A stretch of 64,000 bases of DNA from an uncultured Fibrobacteria bacterium (GTDB taxonomy: Bacteria; Fibrobacterota; Fibrobacteria; UBA11236): positions 288,001 through 352,000 of the forward strand of contig OY970309.1 in the NCBI GenBank assembly GCA_963716395.1. The letters are read 5' to 3'. Below the pieces are notes generated by a model. It searched no databases. It saw nothing but the letters and a program-made list of their open reading frames with translations, and was not told the DNA's origin. Positions 42,476 through 53,711 of this stretch are shown here, in pieces (within the stretch, counting starts at the first letter, position 1; the number at the start of each line of letters is the position of its first letter). The position numbers were made by a program, and so were the translations under genes.

Positions 42476-43449
42476 GGAAGCCGCGCCGGAAACCTGCCGG
42501 TTTCCTGTCCCAGATTTTTGAGGAAGATTTGCTGGCGCCGCCATGCGCGGATAGGCCGGGCCGGAAAGCCGGCCACCACCGCTCCGTCGGGCTGATGCTT
42601 GGTGACGGCCGAGCAGGCGGCCACCGACACGTTGCGGCCAAGACGCAGATGCCCGGCCACCGAAGCCGCACCGCCTAGGCGGAGGTGGTCGCCCGCGGTC
42701 GTGGAACCCGCAATGCCGGACTGTGATGCCAAAAGACAGTCTTTTCCCAGCCGCACATTGTGCGCGATCTGCACGTGGCTGTCGAGCTTGCAACCCGGGC
42801 CTAAGGTGGTGGGTTCGAGCACCCCGGCAGCGATGACGCTATTGGCGCCGATGAAAACCTCGTCGCCGATGTCCACTCCGGCCAAATGCGGCATGGCGAG
42901 GCGTTCGCCGGCGGCTTCGAAGAAGCCGAATCCGTCGCAACCGAGGACGGCTCCGGATTGAATCACGCAGTTGCGCCCCACGATCACATGCGCGGCAATA
43001 ACGGCGCGAGGTTCGATGCGGGTGCCACGGCCGATGAAACTGCCCGGGCCCACGAACGCTCCCGCGCCCACCGAGACTTCACCTGCGAGCACGCCTTCGA
43101 CCACCGCGCCCGGTCCCAGGATATTTCCCTCCCCGGGGGCGAAGGGTTCGGGGTATTCGATGCGAGAAGCGAAAGCTTCGATGAGGGTGGCCAAGACGCG
43201 CCGCGCGCTGGTTACCCGGATGACGGGAAGGTCGCAATCGACGCCGGCTTCGGCCAAGATGAGCCCCGGCCGGCCTGGTAACTGCGCCGTGTCCGCACCC
43301 AGCACCACGCAGCCATCCGCCCGCGCCTGCTCGGGTGAATCCAGGGAAAAAAAGCGCGCGGGAAAGGCCGCCGGGTCGGCGGTTCCATCCACCAGCGGTT
43401 TGCAGGCGGCCAAGGCTTCGTCCGTGGCGATGCCGCCGCGGAAGCGCAA
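42472..43449 (-). CDS. lpxD: UDP-3-O-acylglucosamine N-acyltransferase
   Basis: Hexapeptide repeats, G.DGFGF, KLDSHVQIAHNV, GIAGST, GFPARP. Confidence 0.93.
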   Translation of the reverse strand: MRFRGGIATDEALAACKPLVDGTADPAAFPARFFSLDSPEQARADGCVVLGADTAQLPGRPGLILAEAGVDCDLPVIRVTSARRVLATLIEAFASRIEYPEPFAPGEGNILGPGAVVEGVLAGEVSVGAGAFVGPGSFIGRGTRIEPRAVIAAHVIVGRNCVIQSGAVLGCDGFGFFEAAGERLAMPHLAGVDIGDEVFIGANSVIAAGVLEPTTLGPGCKLDSHVQIAHNVRLGKDCLLASQSGIAGSTTAGDHLRLGGAASVAGHLRLGRNVSVAACSAVTKHQPDGAVVAGFPARPIRAWRRQQIFLKNLGQETGRFPARLP

Positions 43450-43450
43450 G

Positions 43451-44005
43451 CTATTTGCCTCCGGGGGTCTTGCTGTTATCGCTGTTGGCTTGCGCGGCGT
43501 CTTCTTTGTTCAGGAGATCAAGCACCTTTTGGGTGAGATCGTCCTCTTTTTTCCAAAACACCACGGCGCCCGAGGCGCGATCCAAGACCAGGTCATAGCC
43601 TTCCTGATTGGCCACGTCCTGAATGGTCTTTTTGATTTTCTGAATGATGGGATCGGAGATCTCCTGGTTCTTCTGGAAGAGGTCGCCGTCTTTGCCGTAA
43701 ATTTTCTGCACGAACTGCTCGTACTCGCTCTGCTTCTTGAGATAATCGGCCTGCAACTCCTTCTTCTTGTCCTCCGACAGCATCAGCGACTGCTTATCGA
43801 GCCGATCCTTCATGTCGAGCAGATCTTTCTGCTTGGCGGCGGCCTCCTGTTCCCACTTCGCCACCTGCTGGTCGTATTCTTTTTGCGCCTTCTTGGTCTC
43901 GGTGTACTTGTCGAAAATAATCTTCGAGTCCACATGGGCGATTTTCAAGTCTGCGCCGGCGAAGACCAGGGCGGCGGACGCCATAATCATGATCCAGGTT
44001 TTCAT
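43451..44005 (-). CDS. skp: Skp/OmpH periplasmic chaperone
   Basis: Signal peptide, KIAHVD, coiled coil, GYDLVLD, DLTQKVL; GGAGG RBS. Confidence 0.94.
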   Translation of the reverse strand: MKTWIMIMASAALVFAGADLKIAHVDSKIIFDKYTETKKAQKEYDQQVAKWEQEAAAKQKDLLDMKDRLDKQSLMLSEDKKKELQADYLKKQSEYEQFVQKIYGKDGDLFQKNQEISDPIIQKIKKTIQDVANQEGYDLVLDRASGAVVFWKKEDDLTQKVLDLLNKEDAAQANSDNSKTPGGK

Positions 44006-44016
44006 AGGAACCTCCC

Positions 44017-46419
44017 TTAAAATCCTTGTTCGATGGTGAATTGTACCTGCGGGCTGGCGCCCACGGGCGGATAGCGCCGCCCGGAATAATCTTCGAGGTC
44101 GTCCAGCGGCCACGCGAAATCGAACCCCATGCCGAAGGGCGCCACCATGGGCACCACCACGCGAAATCCGAAACCCACGTCGCGGCGCAAATCGGAAAAA
44201 TCGATTTCCGACCAGGGGCTCGGCGCCTCGCTTTTGGGGATGGAATTGAAATAGCCCGTGCCCAGATTGGGATCGTACTTGACCAGATTGCCGAACACGT
44301 TGCCGGCGTCGAAGAAACCGAGCAGGTAGAAGGTGTTCGGAACCACCGGATAGGTGAGTTCGGTCACATAGGAGAAAAAGCTGCGGCCCACGCGGTCGCC
44401 GCCGATGGTGCCGGGTTCATAGCCGCGCAGTTTGCCGACATAGCCGAGTTCGCCCCCCATCTGGTACAGGGCGTAGCTCTGGATGGTGTTGCCGAGAATG
44501 ATGCCGAATTCCGACTCCATGCCCAACACCAGCTTGCCGATGGTGGGGAACCACCAGTTCATCTTGGCGTCCCATTGTCCATAGTTGAAATCGCCGCCCA
44601 AGCCGCCGCCCACCTTGGTGTAGGAGAGCTTGTAGCGCGATCCCTCGGTGGGAAAGAAGGGCAAGTCCTTGTCATCGCGGATCAGGGTGAGGTTCACCGA
44701 GGATTCCAGGCCCGAAGCCACGATGAGGTAATCCTGATTGCGGCCCTGCCCGTTGTCGTTGAAGGAAAAATTGTAGCCGCTTTGCAAGGTGTAATAGTCG
44801 TCGGGCCAGGTGAGCCGACGGCCGAGGTTGAGATGAAAGCCTTCGCTGCGATATTCGTTTTCAATGATGCCGGGCTGGGGCCGCTGATCGGTGTAAGAGA
44901 CGCTGCCGCCCACCGAGGTGGGGGTATCCATGAACCAGGGCTCGGTGAAACCGAAGGAACCCGCGGTTTTGTAAGGTCCGAGTTCGGTGCTGGCGTTGAC
45001 GGTTTGCCCGTTGCCCATAAAGTTCGGGATTTGCACCCCCAACGTCCCCACCAATCCGTCGCGGCCGCTGTAGGCGGCGCCGGCCGAAAAGGTGCCGGTA
45101 CCCGCTTCCTTCTCTTTGACCTTGAATACCAGGTTCACGTCGGAGGGATCGCCGTCGTTGGGACGCTCGATATCGGGTTCGACATCGTCGAAATAGGCCA
45201 ATTGCATGATGTCGCGCTGCGAGCGCATCATCAACGACTGGCGATAGGTATCGCCGGGGAACAACTTGATTTCGCGGCGGATCACCTTGTCTTTGGTTTT
45301 GGTGTTGCCGCTGATATTGACCAAATGAATGTGGGCCAGGCTGTTCTCCTGGATATTGAAGGTGACCTCGACCAGAGAGTCGTGGTACTCGAAGCGATCG
45401 TTGAGATCGACGAAGAGGTAGCCCTCTTCGCGGTAGAGATTGGTGATCTGGTATTTCATCAAATCGTATTTGTGCTTATCGAACACCTCGCCGCTGTCGA
45501 ACAGCACCTGGGCCCGCAGAACCTGCTCCTTGATGATGCTGTTGTCATGGATGAAGTGTATTTTGTCGAAATAGTAACGTTTTCCTTCGCTGATGCGGAT
45601 GCGGATATCCAGATGCCGTTTGTCGGGGGTGTAGCGGATCGAGTCGGACAACACCGCCGCGTCGAGATAACCCAGGCCCTGATAGAAATCGACCAGGGAA
45701 TCCAAACCGAAGCGGTATTCGTCTTCTTTGAAATCACCGCTCCGCCACCAGCGATCTTCTTTGGTGTTGAAATGCTGGCGCAGCACCTTGTCGGGCACGT
45801 GGGTGTTGCCGTCGAAGGTGATGTAGCGCACCGTGACCTTCTTGCCTTCTTTGATGTCGAAGGTGATGATTTTCCGCGCGGTTTCCTTGTCTTCGCTTTC
45901 TTCCACCTTGACCTGGGCCAGCAAATACCCTTTTTCATGGTACAAGTCGAGAATTTTCTGGCGCGCCACTTCCACCGCGCCGGGGGAATACACTTGGCCG
46001 TCGACCAAATCGATTTTGCCCTTGAAATCACTGACCTTAAGCTCGTCAAGCCCTTTGTACTCGACCCGCGCCAAGGTGGGCAGCTCGGCCACCACGAAGT
46101 AGAGGATCACGCCGTCCAGCGAGTCGGACCGGTCTTCATCGACGCGGATGTTGGAAAACAGGTTCAATTTGTCCAGGGCGTTAACCGACTCGCGCAGCTT
46201 GTTCCGCAATACGGGCAGGATGTAGCTCCGGCCCTTTTCCACCTGCACGCTTTTCAAGATCAACGATTTGTCCACCGTTTTGTTGCCTTCGACCCGAATG
46301 TCCAGCACCTTGATTTCCCGGGACGGGCTCGGCAACAGGCCCTGGCCCCAGGCCGGAAATACAAATACACCCAGGCTTGCGAACAGACAAGCGCGAAAGA
46401 GAGCGGAGAATTTCTGCAA
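44017..46419 (-). CDS. bamA: Outer membrane protein assembly factor
   Basis: POTRA repeats (EGNK, GNTKTKDKVIRRE), FTEPW, LRGY, C-terminal FTIEQGF; start inferred at TTG 46419 after AAGGA. Confidence 0.95.
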   Translation of the reverse strand: MQKFSALFRACLFASLGVFVFPAWGQGLLPSPSREIKVLDIRVEGNKTVDKSLILKSVQVEKGRSYILPVLRNKLRESVNALDKLNLFSNIRVDEDRSDSLDGVILYFVVAELPTLARVEYKGLDELKVSDFKGKIDLVDGQVYSPGAVEVARQKILDLYHEKGYLLAQVKVEESEDKETARKIITFDIKEGKKVTVRYITFDGNTHVPDKVLRQHFNTKEDRWWRSGDFKEDEYRFGLDSLVDFYQGLGYLDAAVLSDSIRYTPDKRHLDIRIRISEGKRYYFDKIHFIHDNSIIKEQVLRAQVLFDSGEVFDKHKYDLMKYQITNLYREEGYLFVDLNDRFEYHDSLVEVTFNIQENSLAHIHLVNISGNTKTKDKVIRREIKLFPGDTYRQSLMMRSQRDIMQLAYFDDVEPDIERPNDGDPSDVNLVFKVKEKEAGTGTFSAGAAYSGRDGLVGTLGVQIPNFMGNGQTVNASTELGPYKTAGSFGFTEPWFMDTPTSVGGSVSYTDQRPQPGIIENEYRSEGFHLNLGRRLTWPDDYYTLQSGYNFSFNDNGQGRNQDYLIVASGLESSVNLTLIRDDKDLPFFPTEGSRYKLSYTKVGGGLGGDFNYGQWDAKMNWWFPTIGKLVLGMESEFGIILGNTIQSYALYQMGGELGYVGKLRGYEPGTIGGDRVGRSFFSYVTELTYPVVPNTFYLLGFFDAGNVFGNLVKYDPNLGTGYFNSIPKSEAPSPWSEIDFSDLRRDVGFGFRVVVPMVAPFGMGFDFAWPLDDLEDYSGRRYPPVGASPQVQFTIEQGF

Positions 46420-46672
46420 AGTCTTAATCCTTAGAACTGTCCCGGCTTTAGGGAATGCGACCGTCAGATCGGAACAGCGTCCATCGGGTCCGCGCTCCGG
46501 CGGACGACGGGGCGCCGCAAAAAGCGGATCTAATATAGAAACCCAACCCCGGGACTTCCTGCCGAGACCCCGATTTTCAAGGATGAAAGGAGCCCCCGCC
46601 GCAGGCTCGCGCATCGGGGGAATCCGGAAAGCGAAGTAGCTTGAGTGTTACATTCGCCGGCCGGGGAAGGGC

Positions 46673-49162
46673 TCAGCCCTCCTTGGCCTCGACGGTCTCT
46701 TTCTCGGCGTCTTTTTTGCCGGGCTTGGAGGCGGTGGCGGAAAAGGTGATCTGATCGCCTTTGCGCCCGACCTTGAGCAGCGAATTGTCGGTGATCTTGC
46801 CGCGCAGAATCTCGTCGGCCAACGGATCTTCGAGCAATTTCTGAATGGCGCGGCGCAGCGGGCGGGCGCCCAGTTGCGGATCAAAGCCTTTTTCGATGAT
46901 GAAATCCCGCACCGAATCGGAAATCTGCATCTTGATTTCGCGCGAGGAGAGCCGCGATTCGAGTTCGCTGACGAGCAAATCGACGATACGTCCCATGTCT
47001 TTGCGCTCGAGCGGCCGGAACACGACCACGTCGTCGAGACGGTTCAGAAATTCGGGGTTGAAGGTTTTCTTCACCTCTTCGCGCACCACCTTTTCCATGC
47101 GTTCGTATTCGCTGTCGACGTCGTCTTTGCCGAAGCCCAAACCCACGCCCTTCTTGATGTCTTTGGCGCCGAGGTTGCTCGTCATGATGATGATGGTGTT
47201 CTTGAAGTTCACCTTGCGGCCATAGCTGTCGGTGAGCTGGCCATCGTCGAGGATTTGCAGCAGAATGTTGAACACGTCGGGATGCGCCTTCTCGATTTCG
47301 TCGAGCAGGATCACCGCATAGGGCTTCTTGCGCACCTTTTCGGTGAGCTGGCCGCCTTCTTCGTAGCCCACGTATCCCGGAGGCGCGCCCACCAGGCGCG
47401 ACACCGCGAACTTTTCCATGTACTCCGACATGTCGATGCGGATCATGGCGTCGTCGGATTCGAACAAAAAGCCGGCCAGCGCCTTGACCAATTCGGTTTT
47501 GCCCACGCCCGTGGGGCCGAGGAACATGAAGGTGCCCATGGGCCGCTTGGTGGAATGCACGCCCGAACGCGAACGGCGGATGGCTTTGGCGATGACTTCG
47601 ATGGCTTTATCCTGACCCACCACGCGCTTGCCGAGTTCGCGCTCCATATTGATGAGGCGCTCGGTTTCGGCCCCGGCCATCTTGGTGAGGGGAATGCCCG
47701 TCATCTTGGCCACCACTTCGAGAATGGTGTCTTCGTTGACTTCGAGGCGCTCGTCGCGCTTCTGCTCGCGCCAGCGTTTGCGCATCTCTTCCAACTCGTT
47801 CTTGAGACGCTCCTGGGAGTCGCGCAGGCTGGCCGCGGTCTCGTAATCCTGGTTTTCCACCGAGGCTTCCTTCTCCTTGACCACGGCTTCGAGCTCCAAT
47901 TCCTTGGCGCGCAGATCCGGCGGTATGGAAAGGCTGGCCAGGCGCACGCGGGCGCCCGCTTCGTCGATGATGTCGATGGCCTTGTCGGGCATGAAGCGGT
48001 CGCTCAAATAGCGATCGGAAAGGCGCACGGCCGCGTCCAGGGCCGGATCGGTATAAGTCACTTTGTGATGCGCTTCATACTTTCCCCGCAATCCCTTGAT
48101 GATGAGCAGGGTTTCGGCCGTGCTGGGCGGATCGACCAGAATGGTCTGAAAGCGCCGTTCCAACGCGCCGTCTTTTTCGATGTACTTGCGGTACTCGTCC
48201 AGCGTGGTGGCGCCGATGCATTGGAACTCGCCACGCGACAGCGCCGGTTTGAAAATGTTGCTGGCATCCAGCGAGCCTTCGGATCCGCCCGCGCCCACGA
48301 TGGTGTGCAATTCGTCGATGAAGACGATGACGTTGTCGTTTTTCTGCAATTCAGTCATCAGGGATTTCAGGCGCTCTTCGAACTGGCCGCGGTACTTGGT
48401 GCCGGCCACGATGCTGCCCATGTCGAGCGTCACCACGCGCTTGTTTTCCAGCACTTCGGGGATGTTGCGCTCCACGATTTTCTGCGCCAGGCCTTCGACG
48501 ATGGCGGTTTTACCCACGCCCGGTTCGCCGATCAGCACCGGGTTGTTCTTCTTGCGCCGGCTCAGGATTTGGATCACACGCTCGATTTCCTGCGCGCGGC
48601 CGATGATGGGGTCGAGTTCGCCCTGGCGGGCCAACTCGGTGAGGTCGCGGCCGAAATGATCGAGAAAAGGCGTCTTCGACTTCTTGCGCGCCGTGGCGAA
48701 ATCCGATCCCGAACTCGCGTCGCCGCCGCGCAGCACGCGTTCGATCTCCTCTTTGACCCGGTCGTATTCCACGCCGATGCTGGCCAAGGCGTTGGCCGCC
48801 GCGCTTTCATGGTCTTTCATCAGCGCCAGCAGCAGGTGTTCGGTGCCGATGTATTTGTGGCTCATGGCGCGCGCTTCCTGCGCGGCGATTTCCAAAACTT
48901 TTTTGGCGCGGGGCGTGAAGGGAATCATCTGCCCGATGGTCATCATGCCGCCGGACGAGGAAATCGATTTCTCGATGTTGCGCGCCAAATCGTCGAGGTC
49001 GATGCCCAGGTTTTTGAGCACGGCCACGGCCACGCCGTCGCCTTCGCGAATAAGCCCGAGCAGCAAATGCTCGGTGCCCACGTAGTCATTGCCCAAGCGC
49101 ACCGATTCTTCGCGCGCGAGTTGCATGACCTTCTTGACCCTATCCGTAAACATCCCGTTCAT
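46673..49162 (-). CDS. clpC: ATP-dependent Clp protease ATPase ClpC
   Basis: Clp-N repeats (GTEHLLL), [11 protein letters not shown] motif, [13 protein letters not shown] loop, GARPLRR. Confidence 0.97.
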   Translation of the reverse strand: MNGMFTDRVKKVMQLAREESVRLGNDYVGTEHLLLGLIREGDGVAVAVLKNLGIDLDDLARNIEKSISSSGGMMTIGQMIPFTPRAKKVLEIAAQEARAMSHKYIGTEHLLLALMKDHESAAANALASIGVEYDRVKEEIERVLRGGDASSGSDFATARKKSKTPFLDHFGRDLTELARQGELDPIIGRAQEIERVIQILSRRKKNNPVLIGEPGVGKTAIVEGLAQKIVERNIPEVLENKRVVTLDMGSIVAGTKYRGQFEERLKSLMTELQKNDNVIVFIDELHTIVGAGGSEGSLDASNIFKPALSRGEFQCIGATTLDEYRKYIEKDGALERRFQTILVDPPSTAETLLIIKGLRGKYEAHHKVTYTDPALDAAVRLSDRYLSDRFMPDKAIDIIDEAGARVRLASLSIPPDLRAKELELEAVVKEKEASVENQDYETAASLRDSQERLKNELEEMRKRWREQKRDERLEVNEDTILEVVAKMTGIPLTKMAGAETERLINMERELGKRVVGQDKAIEVIAKAIRRSRSGVHSTKRPMGTFMFLGPTGVGKTELVKALAGFLFESDDAMIRIDMSEYMEKFAVSRLVGAPPGYVGYEEGGQLTEKVRKKPYAVILLDEIEKAHPDVFNILLQILDDGQLTDSYGRKVNFKNTIIIMTSNLGAKDIKKGVGLGFGKDDVDSEYERMEKVVREEVKKTFNPEFLNRLDDVVVFRPLERKDMGRIVDLLVSELESRLSSREIKMQISDSVRDFIIEKGFDPQLGARPLRRAIQKLLEDPLADEILRGKITDNSLLKVGRKGDQITFSATASKPGKKDAEKETVEAKEG

Positions 49163-49322
49163 AGTGCTTCCTTATGGCGGCGGCGCACATCTCCGCGCCG
49201 CTCACCTTTAAAATACTCCCTGGACCCCCAAAACCCAATGCGCCTAAAATCCATCCGAAGCCCGCCGCTACGCTGCAAAACGCGACGATGCTCCACTTTG
49301 AAACCGGCGAATTGCAACGCCA

Positions 49323-50363
49323 TCATGGGATGAATCCTTCGTCCTTCAACCTCGATCTTACAACATTCGCGCGCAAAATGTCGGCTTCGGTCGGCGCCGC
49401 GCCCGCCGGCAAGAGCGCCTCGAGATGAAAGGGCTGCACGCGTATCCGCAACTCCTCCAAACGATTCCGCAGCGCGGGCGCGAAAAGCCCCAAATACGTG
49501 CCCATGCGGGCGAAAGAGGCGAAGAGCAAAAACTCGGCATAGGCCAGCACGCGGGCTTCTTGCAGCATGCTCAGCGATCGGTACACCCGATCCTCCAGCC
49601 CCTTTTGCTCTTTGCTTTTCCATTGCTCCAGCGCCTGCCCTTCCCACTCCAACAGCTTCGTCGTCTGATCCTTGAAGTAGCGGTACAGGTCTTGACTAGA
49701 AAATCCCATGCCACCCTTGGAAGCCACCCGGAAAAAGCCGGCTTCGGCCGATCCTGGATGGCGCAAGGTCAAGGCCTGCAACTCAAGCCCGAGCGCCTGC
49801 AAAGCCTGGCCCACCTGCGGAATGCGGCGCGCGGCCGTCAGGGCCGGCAAGTGCACGGCGCATTCCACCTGCAATCCGGGCCCGGCAAAGGCGGGATTGG
49901 AGGTCAGAAATCCGAAGGGTTCGGATCGGCAAAAGGGGCCCGGATCGGCGTCGGGATCTTCCCGCAGTACCGGCGGCAAACCCGCTTCGACCCGCACCTG
50001 GGTCCAATGCTCGACCTCGCCGGCCCAGGCGTGTTCGGCGGCATCGGCGCCCAGGAACAGGGTCTTTTGCGCGCGCTTGCCGGGAAAAGACACGGGGCGT
50101 TCGGGCAGCCATTGCCGCTCGCGGAAAAATCCGAGATCGGCCGCGGAACATCCGGCCAGCACCAGGGCGCGGTCCAACCCCAGCCCCCGCGCCACCTCGC
50201 GGGCACGTGCGACGACGGCTTCACAGGCTTCGGGGGTGCAGGCCACCCAAAAGGAAAAGCCCGCGAAGTTGCGGCGGCGTAACGCGCGCGTGAACAGGAC
50301 GCAAGCCTCGGGACCCGGCGCGCCGGCGGAGTCGTCTGCGCACCAGGGCGGCGGCGCCGCCAC
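49323..50363 (-). CDS. mcsB: McsB-like protein-arginine-kinase homolog with degenerate active site
   Basis: RRRNFAGFSF, FGFLTSNPAFAGPGL...HLPAL, LEDRVYRSL, RVQPFHL, RANVVR; lies between mcsA and clpC; start approximate. Confidence 0.8.
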   Translation of the reverse strand: MAAPPPWCADDSAGAPGPEACVLFTRALRRRNFAGFSFWVACTPEACEAVVARAREVARGLGLDRALVLAGCSAADLGFFRERQWLPERPVSFPGKRAQKTLFLGADAAEHAWAGEVEHWTQVRVEAGLPPVLREDPDADPGPFCRSEPFGFLTSNPAFAGPGLQVECAVHLPALTAARRIPQVGQALQALGLELQALTLRHPGSAEAGFFRVASKGGMGFSSQDLYRYFKDQTTKLLEWEGQALEQWKSKEQKGLEDRVYRSLSMLQEARVLAYAEFLLFASFARMGTYLGLFAPALRNRLEELRIRVQPFHLEALLPAGAAPTEADILRANVVRSRLKDEGFIP

Positions 50364-50367
50364 CCAT

Positions 50368-50681
50368 TCACGCGGAACCAGGGGCGCCTCCTTCCCGCGC
50401 CCGCAGGCGCAACCGCAGCGCGGCCGCGTCTTCGTAGCGTTCTTCGCGCAAGGCATCGGCCAGCATTTCGCGGAGGCGCGCCGTCTCTTCGAAATCGTCG
50501 CCGGCCGCCGGCGACGACACGGCCGGAGCGGGCCGGCGGTAAAGCCCCGGATGCAGTTGCAGCAGGTCGGCCCACAAAAGCTCGCCGAAGCTGGGGTAAC
50601 ATTGCGGGCACCCCAGCAGGCCGCGCGCCTGGAATTCGGCGTAGGTGAAGCCGCATTGGGTGCAGACGCGCAGGCCGGGAT

Positions 50682-50685
<4 letters not shown>
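50368..50685 (-). CDS. mcsA: McsA-like protein (one CxxC pair plus UVR motif), short form
   Basis: CTQCG.TY.EF...GLLGCPQCY..F, EERYEDAAALR. Confidence 0.85.
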
Positions 50686-51366
<681 letters not shown>

Positions 51367-51374
<8 letters not shown>

Positions 51375-52611
51375 GCCGTATCGACTCCACCGGATCTTGG
51401 CGCGCGGCTTTCAGCGCCGGCAGAAAGGTGGCCACGCCGCAGAGGAAATTGGTGACGCCGAGAACTTCCAACACATCGCGGGCCTGCAATTCGACCGGCA
51501 GCACGGTGACGAAGTACACGTCGCCGGGCAGGCGGATGACGCCGAAGCGCTTCTGGATCTCGTAGCTCAACAGACCCAGGGCCAGGCCCACCAGGGAGCC
51601 GGTCAGCCCCACCAGCATGCCTTCGAACATGAAAATGCGCAGGATGTGGCTGCGCGTGGCGCCCATGGCCCGCAAAATGCCGATCTCGCGCGTCTTGTCG
51701 TTCACGGCCAGAATGAGCGACGAGATGATGTTGAACGTCGCGATCAGGATGATGATGCCGAGGGCCAGGGATACCAGCACCTTTTCATAGCCCATCCATT
51801 TGATGAGGGTGTAATTCTTCTCCTGCCAGTCGATGGCGCGGTAGGGAAAGCCCAGCTTCTCCTCCAGGGCATCGGCCAGCCTGCCGCTGTGAAAGGGGTC
51901 GGCGACGCGTAATTGCAGGCCCGTCACGGCCTGTGGCATGTCGAAGAAACGCTGCGCTTCGGGCAGGGCGATGTAAGCCAGCGACTCGTCGTATTCATAC
52001 ATGCCGGATTCGAAGATGCCGGCCACCAGAAAGGGCTGGATGCGCGGCGCAAAAGAGCCCGAGAGCAAATCGGCATGGGCGAAGTCGGCCAGAAACACCT
52101 TGTCGCCCACGTCGACCCCGAGCCGGTCGGCCAGGGCATATCCCAGCAGAATGGTGGGATAGTCGCGGCCCGACGTATCGGGCAGCATGCCGAGGAAATA
52201 CCGGCCGCGGTTCACGGTTTGCGGGATTCCGATCACGCCGCGGGCCAGGGCGCTATCGATGCCGTACACCACGATTCCATCCTGGCTTTGTTTGCGGGCA
52301 ATGACGGTTTTGGTGAGAATGTACGGCGACGCGGCTACGACCCCGGGCTGACGCAGCACCTCGGCGCGCAGCGAATCGTATCCCGCGATGGGCGCAAAAC
52401 CGTGGGTGGTGATCTCGATATGGGCGTCTTTGCCCATGAGCTGCCGTTTCACCTCGTTCTCAAACCCGTTGATGGCCGACAAAACGAAGATGAGTAGCCA
52501 GGTGCCGAGCACCACGCCCAGGGCCGAAAACAGGGCGATGACGCCCGAAGACACATTGCGCCGCTGGGCCCAGAAATATTTCCGGGCGATGAACCATTCG
52601 AAGGGGGCCAC
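51367..52611 (-). CDS. lolE: Lipoprotein-releasing ABC permease LolC/E
   Basis: LSAINGF, GIFESGMYEYD, FNIISSL...KTREIGILRAMGA, VYF. Confidence 0.9.
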
Positions 52612-52767
52612 GGCACAAAGGTCGAAAGGGCCGGTGGAAAAGACAAGGAAAATCGGGGAAGCCGCGGCAAAGGCGCGGAAGGCAACCTCCTCGGGTCGAT
52701 GCTGGCGCCTGCTTCCGGATTGTTTCCGAAGCAGTGGTAACGCTCCAGCGAGGCTATTTTACCGGCC

Positions 52768-53355
52768 ATGAACAACCCCGTATCCGACCTCGCCAAGAAA
52801 TTTTTCCCCGCCCGTTTTCAGAACTTGACCGACCGGGAAAAGAATGTCCTGCAAAAAATCGCGCAACGCATCCACATCAGCCGCAACACCAATCGTCAAT
52901 TCAATGACGAACTGACCTTCGGCCAACACCTGGCCGATCGGATTTCGACCTTCGGCGGCTCCTGGCCCTTTCTCATTCTGTTCGGCATCGTCTTGACGGT
53001 CTGGATCGCCCTGAACTCGGTGATCCTGCAACATTGGGGCAAACCCTTCGATCCCTACCCTTTCATTCTGCTCAACCTCGTACTCTCCATGCTGGCGGCC
53101 GTGCAGGCCCCGGTGATCATGATGTCGCAGAACCGCATGGCGGCCAAAGATCGCATCGACGCTGCGCATGATTACGAGGTCAATCTCAAAGCCGAACTGG
53201 AAATCATGGAGTTGCATGAAAAGATGGATGGACTGCGCCACCAGCAATGGCAAGACCTGGTGCAATTGCAGCAGGAGCAAATCAATATGCTGAAGGAACT
53301 CGTGGACAAACTGCGGCCGCCGGCGGCAGGATTCGGCCGACGAACCCGAACCTAA
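52768..53355 (+). CDS. DUF1003-family membrane protein
   Basis: ADRISTFGGSW, FDPYPFILLNLVLSMLAAVQAPVIMMSQNR, NLKAELEI. Confidence 0.92.
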   Translation: MNNPVSDLAKKFFPARFQNLTDREKNVLQKIAQRIHISRNTNRQFNDELTFGQHLADRISTFGGSWPFLILFGIVLTVWIALNSVILQHWGKPFDPYPFILLNLVLSMLAAVQAPVIMMSQNRMAAKDRIDAAHDYEVNLKAELEIMELHEKMDGLRHQQWQDLVQLQQEQINMLKELVDKLRPPAAGFGRRTRT

Positions 53356-53424
53356 CCGCAAAATCGGAACGAAGAGGGCCCGTAACTACAGCCTAATTTC
53401 CAGAATAAGGTATTTAAGAGGGGC

Positions 53425-53711
53425 TTACGGCGGGCTTGCGGTAATATTGGAAATTTCAGTAGTCCGAGAGGATCCGGTTGTAAACTCGGACATCGTCGAG
53501 CGCACCGCTTGGCCAAAAACCCCCATTCCCAAAACCAATGGTGCTGGTTATCCTGCAGTTCTGGATAACCGGCGGATGGGAAAAGGTGAAGGTGGACATG
53601 AAAGAGCCATTGACATATAGCCTGAGGTTAGTGCCGTCAAAGGTTCCCGCGATATGGGTCCATGTATCCGTGGGAATGGTTGCATAAGCGAAATTCCGAA
53701 GAACGGGGGGG
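53425..53711 (-). pseudogene. Out-of-frame second half of the LamG domain
   Basis: Shifted frame reads ATIPTDTWTHIAGTFDGTNLRLYVNG...GALDDVRVYNRILSDY*; a further shift near 53461 gives TEISNITASPP*. Confidence 0.75.

Noticed and set aside
52701-52749. Hairpin between lolE and the DUF1003 gene
   Set aside because: A single hairpin with no U-tail or family features; could be chance in GC-rich DNA.
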